A stretch of 62,857 nt of DNA from a virus. Its lineage: Duplodnaviria; Caudoviricetes. The stretch is from IMG/VR virus record IMGVR_UViG_3300025009_000105, positions 1 to 62,857 of that record, one strand, 5' to 3'. This document shows, piece after piece, positions 54,194 through 62,737 of this stretch. Each line of letters begins with the position of its first letter. Position 1 is the first letter of the stretch. Under the pieces are notes generated by a model. The model was not told the origin of the DNA, ran no database searches, and saw only the letters and a program-made list of their open reading frames with translations. The position numbers were made by a program, and so were the translations under genes.

Positions 54194-55570
54194 TCAATCC
54201 TCTCCAAAGACATCTCTACGCCTGGTGTCGGGTTCGTTGAAATTAACGTGTCGCTTGGTGCAGTTCTCGAACTTGGTGAGTTCCTTGCGGAATAGAAGGT
54301 CCTCTTTTCCGACCCGACCGTTGCGGTGCTTCGCTATAATGATCTCGGCAATCCCGTTTTTGGCAGTGTCGGCTTCATACTGGTCAGGTCGGTAGATGAA
54401 GGCAACCAGGTCGGCGTCATTCTCGATGGATCCGCTTTCCCGCAGGTCGGACAGGATGGGACGCTTGTCTGCACGAAGTTCCACTGCCCGGGAGAGTTGC
54501 GCGGCAGCCCAGATGGGAACATCGAAGTCCTTCGCAAGCACCTTCAGTCCCGACATGACCTTACTGACCTCCAGTTGGCGCGTCTCGTAGCGCCCTTCCG
54601 CATCCGCCAGTTGCAGGTAGTCCATCATCACCATGTCCATCTCCCCGTACCGGGCTTCGAGGGTGCGTAGGGTGCGGGACATCTGCCGGACAGAGATGGC
54701 AGGCAGGTCACACAGGTACAGGGGAAGGTGCTCGATGTTCTTTATCGTGTCGTAATACTTCTCCCACCCTTCCGACGATAGGTTCCCCTTGCGTTGATCC
54801 CCGAATGACACGCCTGATTCCATGGCGATCAGGCGCATGGCGAGTTGGATGTTCGCCATTTCCAGTGTGAAAAACGCAACTCTTTTACCTCCCTTGACCG
54901 CGTTGTGCGCCATATTCAACAGGAGCGCGGTCTTACCCTGACCGGGACGGGCGGCGAGAATATGCACGTCCGGGGCGCAGGCGCCATCGTCCAACAGCCT
55001 GTCAAGGTCACAGAAGCCCGTAGGAACGATTTTGCGCCCTCCCTCGGATGATTTTATGGTTTCGTCACTGGCGACGCCCACGGCTTCTCCCAGGGTCATG
55101 GTGTGGGTATCCGCGGTGTGGTTTGGAACCCGTACATCTGAAAAAGCGGCAATTAAGTCCTTTGAGATTTCCGAGGCGCTTCTGCCGTTCTCCGCCCATT
55201 GGTATCCACGCTTGCACAATTCGATCTGCCGGCGTTTCGCGGCGTAATCCAGGACGTTGTTGGCGTAGGTGGGGGCGTTCCCCGGGAACCCTTCCTCCCG
55301 GATGTAGGCGAGGGCGTTGCGACCCGACTTCCCGCCAATCCCGAAGTCCGCCATCATACCGTTGCGTTCCAGTTCGTCTCCGACCGTGATCACGTCGATG
55401 CCCATGTTCCGTTCCCGCAGGGACAGCATGGCGTCCCACGTCCAGCGCAGGACATCCGACAGGAAGTCATCCCGGGTCAGTATGTCGTGGACCAACTCGA
55501 TCTGCTTCGGTGCCTTGAGCAAGGAACCGATGAGTGCCTTTTCTGCCTCGAAGGTCAGGTCGTTATTCAT
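54194..55570 (-). CDS. dnaB: replicative DNA helicase
   Basis: AARPGQGKT, FTLEM, DYLQL, QLSR, DLRESGSIENDAD, KHRNG. Confidence 0.95.
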   Translation of the reverse strand: MNNDLTFEAEKALIGSLLKAPKQIELVHDILTRDDFLSDVLRWTWDAMLSLRERNMGIDVITVGDELERNGMMADFGIGGKSGRNALAYIREEGFPGNAPTYANNVLDYAAKRRQIELCKRGYQWAENGRSASEISKDLIAAFSDVRVPNHTADTHTMTLGEAVGVASDETIKSSEGGRKIVPTGFCDLDRLLDDGACAPDVHILAARPGQGKTALLLNMAHNAVKGGKRVAFFTLEMANIQLAMRLIAMESGVSFGDQRKGNLSSEGWEKYYDTIKNIEHLPLYLCDLPAISVRQMSRTLRTLEARYGEMDMVMMDYLQLADAEGRYETRQLEVSKVMSGLKVLAKDFDVPIWAAAQLSRAVELRADKRPILSDLRESGSIENDADLVAFIYRPDQYEADTAKNGIAEIIIAKHRNGRVGKEDLLFRKELTKFENCTKRHVNFNEPDTRRRDVFGED

Positions 55571-56349
55571 TGGGCAAACTCCATCTGGCTTTGTCTTTGA
55601 TATTGCTCTATTCTTTTGTTTGAAAGTTCAATATATTCCGGCTGTAATTCAAACCCGACGAAATTCCTTCCCGTTTTAATGGATGCGATTGCTGTTGTTC
55701 CGCTTCCGCAAAATGGGTCAAGCACGGTATCGCCCTTATCTGTGGAAAACAAGATGGCTCGGCACGCAAGATTTACTGGCATTTGTGCCGGGTGCGCCTT
55801 CTCGTTTGTTCCGGGCTTTAGTATCGCCTCGGGATGCGAAACGGACCCGGCGTACACAAAGGGTATATCATCCCAATAATCAAGAAGTTGTCCTTTTGGC
55901 TCCGTTGAATATCCGCCCCACCGCAAATTCTGGCTTGAGATTTTCCTTGTTTGTGCATAAGTGTTGAATTTATATTCTGCCGTTTTTCCAAAGACAACGA
56001 TGGATTGCGTGGAAGGCCAGAACTGCTTTTTGGCATGAGAGGCGGAAACATTTCGCCACTCGATTTTATTGACAAACACCCCGTGTTTTTCCATCTCGCA
56101 CCCCATACGAAAAACATGGCGAGCAATGGTCATCAGATAGAATGTTCCGGTGGGCTTAAGTACCCGAAAGCCATCAGCAATCCAATCTTTGCACCAACTG
56201 TAGTAATCCGCCCGATTATCGTTACTTGCTTTTCCGCCGTATTTTTTCCCGATATTAAATGGGGGATCCGCAAATATCATATCTATGCTTTCCGACTCGG
56301 TGGATTTGAAAAGTTCAATGCAATCGCCTTGCAACAATGTAACTGTCAT
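55567..56349 (-). CDS. DNA methyltransferase, beta class (N6-A/N4-C)
   Basis: ADPPF, HPAQMP, DPFCGSGTT. Confidence 0.9.
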   Translation of the reverse strand: MTVTLLQGDCIELFKSTESESIDMIFADPPFNIGKKYGGKASNDNRADYYSWCKDWIADGFRVLKPTGTFYLMTIARHVFRMGCEMEKHGVFVNKIEWRNVSASHAKKQFWPSTQSIVVFGKTAEYKFNTYAQTRKISSQNLRWGGYSTEPKGQLLDYWDDIPFVYAGSVSHPEAILKPGTNEKAHPAQMPVNLACRAILFSTDKGDTVLDPFCGSGTTAIASIKTGRNFVGFELQPEYIELSNKRIEQYQRQSQMEFAQ

Positions 56350-56585
56350 TTCTGCTCCATAAAACTCATCACATAATCCGCCACCTTATCCAAGTCCAGG
56401 CACGGCTTGACCGGGATGGGGTCGGTTTCGAGTAGATCAAGATAGTCCACGTAGCGAGCCTGGAGATCCACCAACACCGCGGAATCCCGGTCTGTGAACT
56501 CCTGCTGCTTTTCGACCTTCTCGAGCAGGGCGAGGGCTTCGTCTCCTATCTGGTTGACGATGGCGCGGGCTTCGGAGGAGGTCAT
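56346..56585 (-). CDS. hypothetical protein
   Basis: ATGA-coupled 79-aa ORF. Confidence 0.55.
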   Translation of the reverse strand: MTSSEARAIVNQIGDEALALLEKVEKQQEFTDRDSAVLVDLQARYVDYLDLLETDPIPVKPCLDLDKVADYVMSFMEQK

Positions 56586-56833
56586 TTTTGCGCCTTTCGG
56601 AAGTTTTCAAGAGAAACAAACATCTGCTTTTTCGCGGACGCTCGCGCTTTGGCGTCCTCATAAGCCAACCCGCTTTCTGTATGTCGTTTGAAAATTTCCA
56701 CGTCCTCCGCCAACTTCTCTGCGGCGGATAGTTGCCTCTCTATTTTTTCAAGTTTAGTTTTCATATTTGCCACAAAATCATCATGTTGTTTTCGTAACTT
56801 AGCGATTGTTTCAAACATGTTTTCTTCGCTCAT
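56582..56833 (-). CDS. coiled-coil hypothetical protein (paralogue of 57234-57608)
   Basis: shared ERQLSAAEKLAE and FRKA. Confidence 0.6.
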   Translation of the reverse strand: MSEENMFETIAKLRKQHDDFVANMKTKLEKIERQLSAAEKLAEDVEIFKRHTESGLAYEDAKARASAKKQMFVSLENFRKAQK

Positions 56834-57376
56834 CCCTTACCTGCCAGTTTCTTGTCTGCCATACGGTGGCATTTTCCGCACAACCATAGAACATCAAGGG
56901 CGCGGTCATCGCCGTATCCACTCCAATGATGTGCCTCAATGCGCCCCGCCTCACCGCATACCTGACATTTCGTTGGTCTTATTATTTCTCCCTTCTCAAC
57001 AGAAAAATTCAATCTGCGTTGCGCCCTTACTTTTTCTGCGTTATTCTCGCGCCACTCCTTTTTGTGCGCCCTTACTTTTTCTGGGTTGTTGGCACACCAC
57101 TCAGCCCAATGATTTAAGTGGTCAGCATAACGGCGACTGATTTCCAAAGCCTGCTCAGGATGCGCAATTCTCCAACGCCTATTAGCCTCCCGGCATTTAT
57201 CGCGGTGCGCTTTATTCCAATCGTTAGAACTGCTCATTTTTCATTACCTGCCTTTCGGAAGTCGGCAAGGGTTTGGACAATACGCGCGCTCAATATGTAC
57301 CCAAATGCTCCCGCAACCGGCAATCGTTCCTCCACCGCCTCCGCCAACTTCTCTGCGGCGGATAGTTGTCTCTCTA
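56704..57376. repeat. 39-bp direct repeat (56704-56742 / 57338-57376), one mismatch
   Basis: CCTCCGCCAACTTCTCTGCGGCGGATAGTTGYCTCTCTA. Confidence 0.9.
56830..57237 (-). CDS. HNH-like endonuclease
   Basis: W...NPEKVRA repeats; CQVC...EAHH..Y....DV.WLCGKCH. Confidence 0.75.
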   Translation of the reverse strand: MSSSNDWNKAHRDKCREANRRWRIAHPEQALEISRRYADHLNHWAEWCANNPEKVRAHKKEWRENNAEKVRAQRRLNFSVEKGEIIRPTKCQVCGEAGRIEAHHWSGYGDDRALDVLWLCGKCHRMADKKLAGKG

Positions 57377-57608
57377 ACTCTAGACTCGTTTTGAGCAAGG
57401 ATGAATATTCGCGCTTGGCAAGTTCGATTTCGGCGGTGAGTTCTCTATTGCCTTTTACCACCTGCTTCACTTCATCATCTGCGGCGGCAAGACGGGCGCG
57501 AAGTTGGTTGTTCTCAGCGAGTAGGGCGGAGAGGTCAATATCCTTCAAGATTTCTCCTGCAATTTTTTCGGCATATCTCTTTGCAATAATATTGTTTGTT
57601 GCGCTCAT
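57234..57608 (-). CDS. coiled-coil hypothetical protein
   Basis: heptad repeats; paralogous to 56582-56833. Confidence 0.6.
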   Translation of the reverse strand: MSATNNIIAKRYAEKIAGEILKDIDLSALLAENNQLRARLAAADDEVKQVVKGNRELTAEIELAKREYSSLLKTSLELERQLSAAEKLAEAVEERLPVAGAFGYILSARIVQTLADFRKAGNEK

Positions 57609-57895
57609 TCCTTCCTCGCTTTTTGAATCCTTCCGTATTCACGAAGCAAGTCAACAATAAGATCCTCTTGCTTTACCCTGTCTGCCGGGACATCGAAATT
57701 GCCGTAAAAAAGAGTGCCCACAGCATCCCACAATTTATCGGCAATAGTGAGTTCGGCATCCTTCGCGGCAAGTTCCTTCTCCGCCTCGTCTCTCCCACAG
57801 GAGCAGTGGCGATCACCAGAATAGACATAGAACGTGCATGTCCTTTTGTGCTTCTCAAGGAACTTCTCAAGCGGGGATAGGTTAATTTTGCTCAT
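57605..57895 (-). CDS. hypothetical protein
   Basis: H...C and CSCG zinc-like motif. Confidence 0.55.
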   Translation of the reverse strand: MSKINLSPLEKFLEKHKRTCTFYVYSGDRHCSCGRDEAEKELAAKDAELTIADKLWDAVGTLFYGNFDVPADRVKQEDLIVDLLREYGRIQKARKE

Positions 57896-58000
57896 GACCT
57901 ACCTGCCTTTAGGAATTGCAAGCACGCGCAAATCCACGCGCCAAGTTTTGTTTTATGTTCGTGGTGAACATAATCAGAACACGACCACGCTATTTTTATC

Positions 58001-58903
58001 CTATTTTTGCTCATGGCTCTCCTTCCATATCTTGTACTCCGCTGCTGTCATTTTGTTGCCAGTCTCCGGCTCCGGGACGTAGGGCTTGTGATATTCCGGG
58101 ATGGGTTCGGAGGAAACCTGGGCACTGATCAGTTCCAGCCAGTGTTCTTGAATGCCCTTCAGGTCGTACTGTTTCCAGTTGAAACGCTTGTCGAATTTCC
58201 ATGTCTCGGAGGCAGTTTTGATCTGTTCGGGAGTGACCTTGTTCTCGATTGCCCATTCCATGAATTGACGACCGTACTTCGTCTCGAAGTTGGGTGTGTA
58301 TAGGAAATACTTTGCAAGTGCGTCTTTAATGGCTTTTGGACTTAGGGAGTATTTGATGATTCCATCAACCAGATCCCCGCTTTTGTTTGTCTTGTTATAC
58401 TCTTGTTTAGGTGAAGTTTCTTCACCGATTCCCGCGTCAGAGTTCACTAAGTCCGCGTCAGAGTTCACTGGTGAAGTTTCTTCACTACCCGGAATTACGG
58501 GGTCAGACGTGCCGAAGGCGGCGTAAGAAAGTATCCTATAAACATTGTGGCCACGTGTGTTTTTTACTGTCAGATACCCCTCTTTCTCAAGTTCCCTAAC
58601 CGTGTCTATGATCTCCCTGTTACTAAGGCCGGTGTCTTTCTGCATTTTTGCGATAGACGGGTAACTAACATAGTTCTCGTCTATTCTAATGGCAATCGCC
58701 ATCCAAACAGAGAGGCGCGCGCCCTTAAGGTTTCGCATGGTCTCCAGGAATGCCATGGATATTTTCACCCACGCATCCTCCCTTATCTCAATGGGCTTCC
58801 CATTCCTGTCTGATTTGATTACCCTTTGTGGAGGGTGAATCTCGTATCCTTTCCCCAACATTTCAACCGCGTCTGTAATGTATTCTGATTGTTGCTCTGT
58901 CAT
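58001..58903 (-). CDS. replication initiator (N-terminal winged HTH)
   Basis: YPSIAKMQKDTGLS...I...V.EL...GY; internal iterons; upstream of dnaB. Confidence 0.8.
   Translation of the reverse strand: MTEQQSEYITDAVEMLGKGYEIHPPQRVIKSDRNGKPIEIREDAWVKISMAFLETMRNLKGARLSVWMAIAIRIDENYVSYPSIAKMQKDTGLSNREIIDTVRELEKEGYLTVKNTRGHNVYRILSYAAFGTSDPVIPGSEETSPVNSDADLVNSDAGIGEETSPKQEYNKTNKSGDLVDGIIKYSLSPKAIKDALAKYFLYTPNFETKYGRQFMEWAIENKVTPEQIKTASETWKFDKRFNWKQYDLKGIQEHWLELISAQVSSEPIPEYHKPYVPEPETGNKMTAAEYKIWKESHEQK
58410..58485. repeat. iteron cluster / probable replication origin inside the initiator gene
   Basis: GGTGAAGTTTCTTCAC at 58410 and 58470 enclosing CCGCGTCAGAGTTCACT at 58432 and 58453; adjacent T-rich tract. 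Confidence 0.75.
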
Positions 58904-58906
58904 AAC

Positions 58907-59014
58907 AAAATCCTCCGAAACTTTGAGAGATGCTCAGGCGACGCAAGGGCTTTGATTGAATCGGCTGGCGTTGCCGAAATAACCTAAGCACCTCTCAAAA
59001 TCCCGAAGGACTTT
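58907..59014 (-). ncRNA. cis-regulatory RNA: 32-bp stem sequestering the initiator SD
   Basis: 58983-59014 pairs with 58907-58938 on the minus strand, 25 Watson-Crick + 7 G-U pairs, no bulge. Confidence 0.7.
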
Positions 59015-59068
59015 TATCGCCTTACGTCTGATTGTCACTCTTGCTGCGGGTTGCCATCCCACAACATC

Positions 59069-59096
59069 ATTATAATCGTTTCCTTGTCGTTGTCAA
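59069..59096 (-). promoter_or_regulatory. consensus sigma70-type promoter for the initiator operon
   Basis: TTGACA-16 nt-TATAAT. Confidence 0.75.
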
Positions 59097-59293
59097 CCAC
59101 TTGCCCTGCCGTCTATCCTGACTTATCGGCGATCATCAGTGCCTTGCACGGCAGGGTGGCGAACTCCTGGTTTGATCGGTTTGCACCTCTTTCGACGTGT
59201 GTTTATTCCGACTTTCTCATGCTCAACGCTAATTCGCGTCCACCAGTAGTCTCATCATAATCGAACACTTCAAAAACAAGGTAGTGACGAAAG

Positions 59294-59533
59294 TCATGTT
59301 TCCAGGAACTCGATGACATACTCATAGATGCCCTTGGCGCGCTTGTCGGCGTCCCGGTAGTGCTTGATCTGGCGTGCGGTCCCGATGCGCTTGCCCTGCG
59401 GGTTCTCGACCGGAAGCACCTTGCGCGGGGGTTCCTTGGCGTAGATGTTGACGTGGTTCTCCCGGTTGAACATCTTGTCGTACTTCTTGTGACGGGGGTC
59501 ACGCTTGGTTTCATCGACCACTATCTTTTGCAT
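59294..59533 (-). CDS. small basic hypothetical protein
   Basis: AAGGAG SD before MQKIVVD. Confidence 0.55.
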   Translation of the reverse strand: MQKIVVDETKRDPRHKKYDKMFNRENHVNIYAKEPPRKVLPVENPQGKRIGTARQIKHYRDADKRAKGIYEYVIEFLET

Positions 59534-59766
59534 TGGACTCCTTTTCCGAGATGTATCGGACGATGTGGGCATCGGCGCCACTGGCTGTTGCACACAGGGC
59601 GTAGGCGAACAATCCCATGAGGGGCATTACGATCAATCCAACCGGCAACAGGCAGACAAGGGCGTCCATGTTAAATCTCCTTTGCGCTTCCCTCCAGTAT
59701 TTCCTCTCCAGATGGCTTCCTGCGACCTGGAGATCGGGACGGATGTGGTTCGGTAGGCGTTGGACA

Positions 59767-60183
59767 TCACAATTCCTTTGCGATCTGAACCCGGCTCTCC
59801 TCGTCGGTTTCCGTGCCTGGCACTACGCCGAACTCCTTGGCGTACTTCTCGACCTTCTTGAAGTCGGTGGAGAGGGCGGCGGGCAGGTTGACGAAGCACC
59901 AATCCCAGACGCGGACGGCATCCACCACCTTGAAGGTCTTGAAGGTCTTGACCTCGACCTTGGGATGGACGTGTTTGTTGCCATCAATGGCAAATTGCTG
60001 CAACGCTTTTTCCTTGATCTCGTTGACCAGGCGCTCCTCCTCGCCTTCAGCCAGGGCGGACACGGCTTGCAGGGAGGTGTACTCATCCGACTTCTGGATT
60101 ACATCGACCATCTCTTTCATGGTCAAACGGGCTTTCTCTTGTGATTCGCGGACTGTGCGAAGTTTCTCGAGCAGGGTATCCAT
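59767..60183 (-). CDS. Gam/Gp157-like coiled-coil protein
   Basis: helical N-terminus; D.K.V.K......VPG......V.I C-terminus; near recT. Confidence 0.5.
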   Translation of the reverse strand: MDTLLEKLRTVRESQEKARLTMKEMVDVIQKSDEYTSLQAVSALAEGEEERLVNEIKEKALQQFAIDGNKHVHPKVEVKTFKTFKVVDAVRVWDWCFVNLPAALSTDFKKVEKYAKEFGVVPGTETDEESRVQIAKEL

Positions 60184-60185
60184 GG

Positions 60186-60425
60186 TTACTCCTTTGCGGG
60201 TAGCAGGATGATGGAACGGGACTGGCGCGCAATGATGCGTGCCCATCCAAGTTGTTCCATGCAAGCCAGGTCGTAGTTGACGACACTGGTGGAGGTCTCG
60301 AACGCGTCTGCGATCTCACGTCGGGACGGGGTGATGGAGGTGCGCTCCTGGTACTTCTTGATCCAGTCGTACACCTTGCGCACCTTCTTTTCGTGCTGGG
60401 TTCCGATGCGGCGGGTGGTGGGCAT
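60186..60425 (-). CDS. LexA-type winged-HTH transcription regulator (DNA-binding domain only)
   Basis: VYDWIKKYQ....TPSRREIADAFETSTSVVNY.L..M...GW......SRSI. Confidence 0.8.
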   Translation of the reverse strand: MPTTRRIGTQHEKKVRKVYDWIKKYQERTSITPSRREIADAFETSTSVVNYDLACMEQLGWARIIARQSRSIILLPAKE

Positions 60426-60426
60426 G

Positions 60427-60669
60427 TTATTCGCCCTCCGCAATTACGCAACATTCAGACTTTTCCCGGATGAGCGCCCAAAGCGCCCTGGCTTTGTTGT
60501 CATAGAATGAGCACTCATCTGAGTCTCCGACAAGATACAGGGTTATTTTTTCCCCTGCAATTGCTGGCGCGCCCTCGGATGTGCGTGTTTCGTGGGTCGG
60601 TTCATAGCGCACATACGTCACGAGATCCAGATTTACAACGTGGTTTCCAATTTGTATTAGTTGTGCCAT
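60427..60669 (-). CDS. hypothetical protein
   Basis: IQIGNHVVNLDLVTYV; GGAGG SD. Confidence 0.6.
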   Translation of the reverse strand: MAQLIQIGNHVVNLDLVTYVRYEPTHETRTSEGAPAIAGEKITLYLVGDSDECSFYDNKARALWALIREKSECCVIAEGE

Positions 60670-60670
60670 C

Positions 60671-61765
60671 TTATCCTCCTGTGACTGCCTTCTTGAACGC
60701 AGCCTTGATCATCGGCTTGGTGAACTTGCCGGACTTGATGCCTGTGGCAATTTCTTTGGCAGCCTGCCCGGTGGACATGTTCCACTTCTGGGCGGCGAAC
60801 TTGACCGCCTCCACTTCCATTGGGTCGATCTCGACCGCGTCCGCAGCCTGTTCCTCTGTGCGGGGGAGCATGGACTTGGCGGGTTCTGGTTCGGACGGAA
60901 CATATTTGCCACCAACAATCATCTCCTCGTTCTCGACCGTGGCGGACTCTGCGTCCACAACTTCAGCATCCCGGTCGGCGGAGAGGGCTTCCTTGAGTTG
61001 CAGGTTCTCGGTGCCGGACAGGTCTGCCCAGGACAGCAGTTGGCGCAGGACGGTTTTCATTTCCATTACATGGCGCTTGGAGGGGTCGCTCCAGTTGGGG
61101 TTGGAGTCATACTTCTGGACGTACTGCCGGGCGTGTTCCTCGATCTCCTGGCAGGACATATAGACCGATTTCTTGAAGCCCTTGACGGTCTCGAAGTATC
61201 CCATCCATCCAATCGTTTTCTTGCCCTGATCCCGGCGCACGGTGACATTGGCATACCCGGAGTAGCGGTGGTTGACACGTGACTGCGATTCCACTTCGGG
61301 CATGGTGACGAGCCCGTTTTCCAGTTGGACAACGTGCATACCGGTCAGGGGATCCTCCAGGACAGTCTGCCCTTCATAGATGGGGCCGACATTGATGATG
61401 TGGTAGCGCCCGGTGCGCATGGCAAGGGTGTGCAAGCCCTTGTAGTGGGGTTGGAACTGCGCTTCCTTCTCCCAATGTTCCGGGGTGTCTTTGGTGGCTG
61501 CCACCTTCTTGTTGTACGGAACCAACCACGCCTGTTTGAGGGCGGGGTCGCAGGACAAACCGAGGGAGGCGGCGCGCAGGGCGGCGCGCATGATGCTGGG
61601 AGGCGTGCACTTCGTCAATTCGGGGGACGCGCTGACTGCGATCAGGACGCTCTGGACGTAGGGGGCGGCGTTCCCGCCGAGCAAGTCCTCGAAGCGTGCC
61701 AGGTTGGTCGGTTGGCGCATGAAGTCTGAAACGGTGATGGCGGTGGTGGGGTTGGGTTGGGTCAT
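60671..61765 (-). CDS. recT: RecT-family single-strand annealing protein
   Basis: CTPPSI..A...AASLGL..DP....AWLVPY, QFQ..YKG...LA.RTG, M..KTVLRQLL. Confidence 0.9.
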   Translation of the reverse strand: MTQPNPTTAITVSDFMRQPTNLARFEDLLGGNAAPYVQSVLIAVSASPELTKCTPPSIMRAALRAASLGLSCDPALKQAWLVPYNKKVAATKDTPEHWEKEAQFQPHYKGLHTLAMRTGRYHIINVGPIYEGQTVLEDPLTGMHVVQLENGLVTMPEVESQSRVNHRYSGYANVTVRRDQGKKTIGWMGYFETVKGFKKSVYMSCQEIEEHARQYVQKYDSNPNWSDPSKRHVMEMKTVLRQLLSWADLSGTENLQLKEALSADRDAEVVDAESATVENEEMIVGGKYVPSEPEPAKSMLPRTEEQAADAVEIDPMEVEAVKFAAQKWNMSTGQAAKEIATGIKSGKFTKPMIKAAFKKAVTGG

Positions 61766-62157
61766 TTGATCTCTCCTTGTTTGACGTATTCGATGGCTTC
61801 GTGGAGCAAGCCGATCATGGGGATGGGGTCGCCGTATTCGGAAAAAGCGTAATACGGGGATACGATCTCTACCACCCTGAGACCGTCACATCGGACTCCT
61901 CGCACCTTGTACAGAGGGCAGAGTTTGCATTTGTCCTTGACGGCTATGCACACAGCGCAGGAGTCCATGTCGATTGTCATAACCCTCATATTGTCTCCAT
62001 GGATGGCGGCGCCGTCTTGCTTCAAGCCGTGCGTTTTCAGGATCGATGGTTGTAGTCCGCGCCACTTGCGCAGGGCGTGTTTGAGCGCGCCAAGCATGGT
62101 GGTCGGTGCGGTTGCGGGAACGGGGTAATACTTCTTTTGCCAGGTCTTGAAACTCAT
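61762..62157 (-). CDS. hypothetical Cys-rich protein
   Basis: KW.GL, CAVC...CKLCPL. Confidence 0.65.
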   Translation of the reverse strand: MSFKTWQKKYYPVPATAPTTMLGALKHALRKWRGLQPSILKTHGLKQDGAAIHGDNMRVMTIDMDSCAVCIAVKDKCKLCPLYKVRGVRCDGLRVVEIVSPYYAFSEYGDPIPMIGLLHEAIEYVKQGEIK

Positions 62158-62172
62158 ATCAATTCTCCTTGG

Positions 62173-62451
62173 TTAGAATGGGATCTCGGGGATGGTCGCC
62201 CAGTGGGTGTCGAACCACTCATTGATGCGGTCGTTCTCTGCCTGGGCAGCCTGGTCGGGGGTGTCGTAGTCCGGGGGTGTGGCGTGCAGGGTACCGGGGA
62301 ACAGCACCTTATGCGGGAGGCGTGCTGGGGTCGGGTCACACTTGCACGCCTCGTACCGCGCTCCGCACTCATAGCAGATTCCGATGTTGGCGTATATCTG
62401 CTCGATCACGCCCGGGGGGAGTTTAATGGCGGGTCGCCTACTTTTTGACAT
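62173..62451 (-). CDS. hypothetical protein
   Basis: CYEC...CKC; ends EIPF. Confidence 0.55.
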   Translation of the reverse strand: MSKSRRPAIKLPPGVIEQIYANIGICYECGARYEACKCDPTPARLPHKVLFPGTLHATPPDYDTPDQAAQAENDRINEWFDTHWATIPEIPF

Positions 62452-62707
62452 GCGTATCCTCCTGGCGCTTGTAGGGCAGGAACTTCCCATCGGTCAAGAC
62501 GATGGACTTGTCCATGGACCCGAAGGATCGGAAGTCCTGGCGCGTCTGCTTGTCTGCCGCCTTGTCGCTCATGGAACTGTACGCTTTGTATACCAGGTAG
62601 CGTTCGTTCATCTCGGCTACGATCTCTCCGATGGCGGGACCCGGTTGTTTTGCAACCCAGGCTTTTACTTCGTCGGTCAGGGGGTCGGACTTAATTCTGG
62701 TTGTCAT
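62438..62707 (-). CDS. hypothetical protein, first gene of the right-arm operon
   Basis: AAGGAG SD; preceded by TGCTATAAT. Confidence 0.6.
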   Translation of the reverse strand: MTTRIKSDPLTDEVKAWVAKQPGPAIGEIVAEMNERYLVYKAYSSMSDKAADKQTRQDFRSFGSMDKSIVLTDGKFLPYKRQEDTHVKK

Positions 62708-62728
62708 AGGCTTTACTCCTTGGTGTGG

Positions 62729-62737
62729 ATTATAGCA
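62729..62737 (-). promoter_or_regulatory. extended -10 promoter of the right-arm operon
   Basis: TGCTATAAT on the minus strand. Confidence 0.55.
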
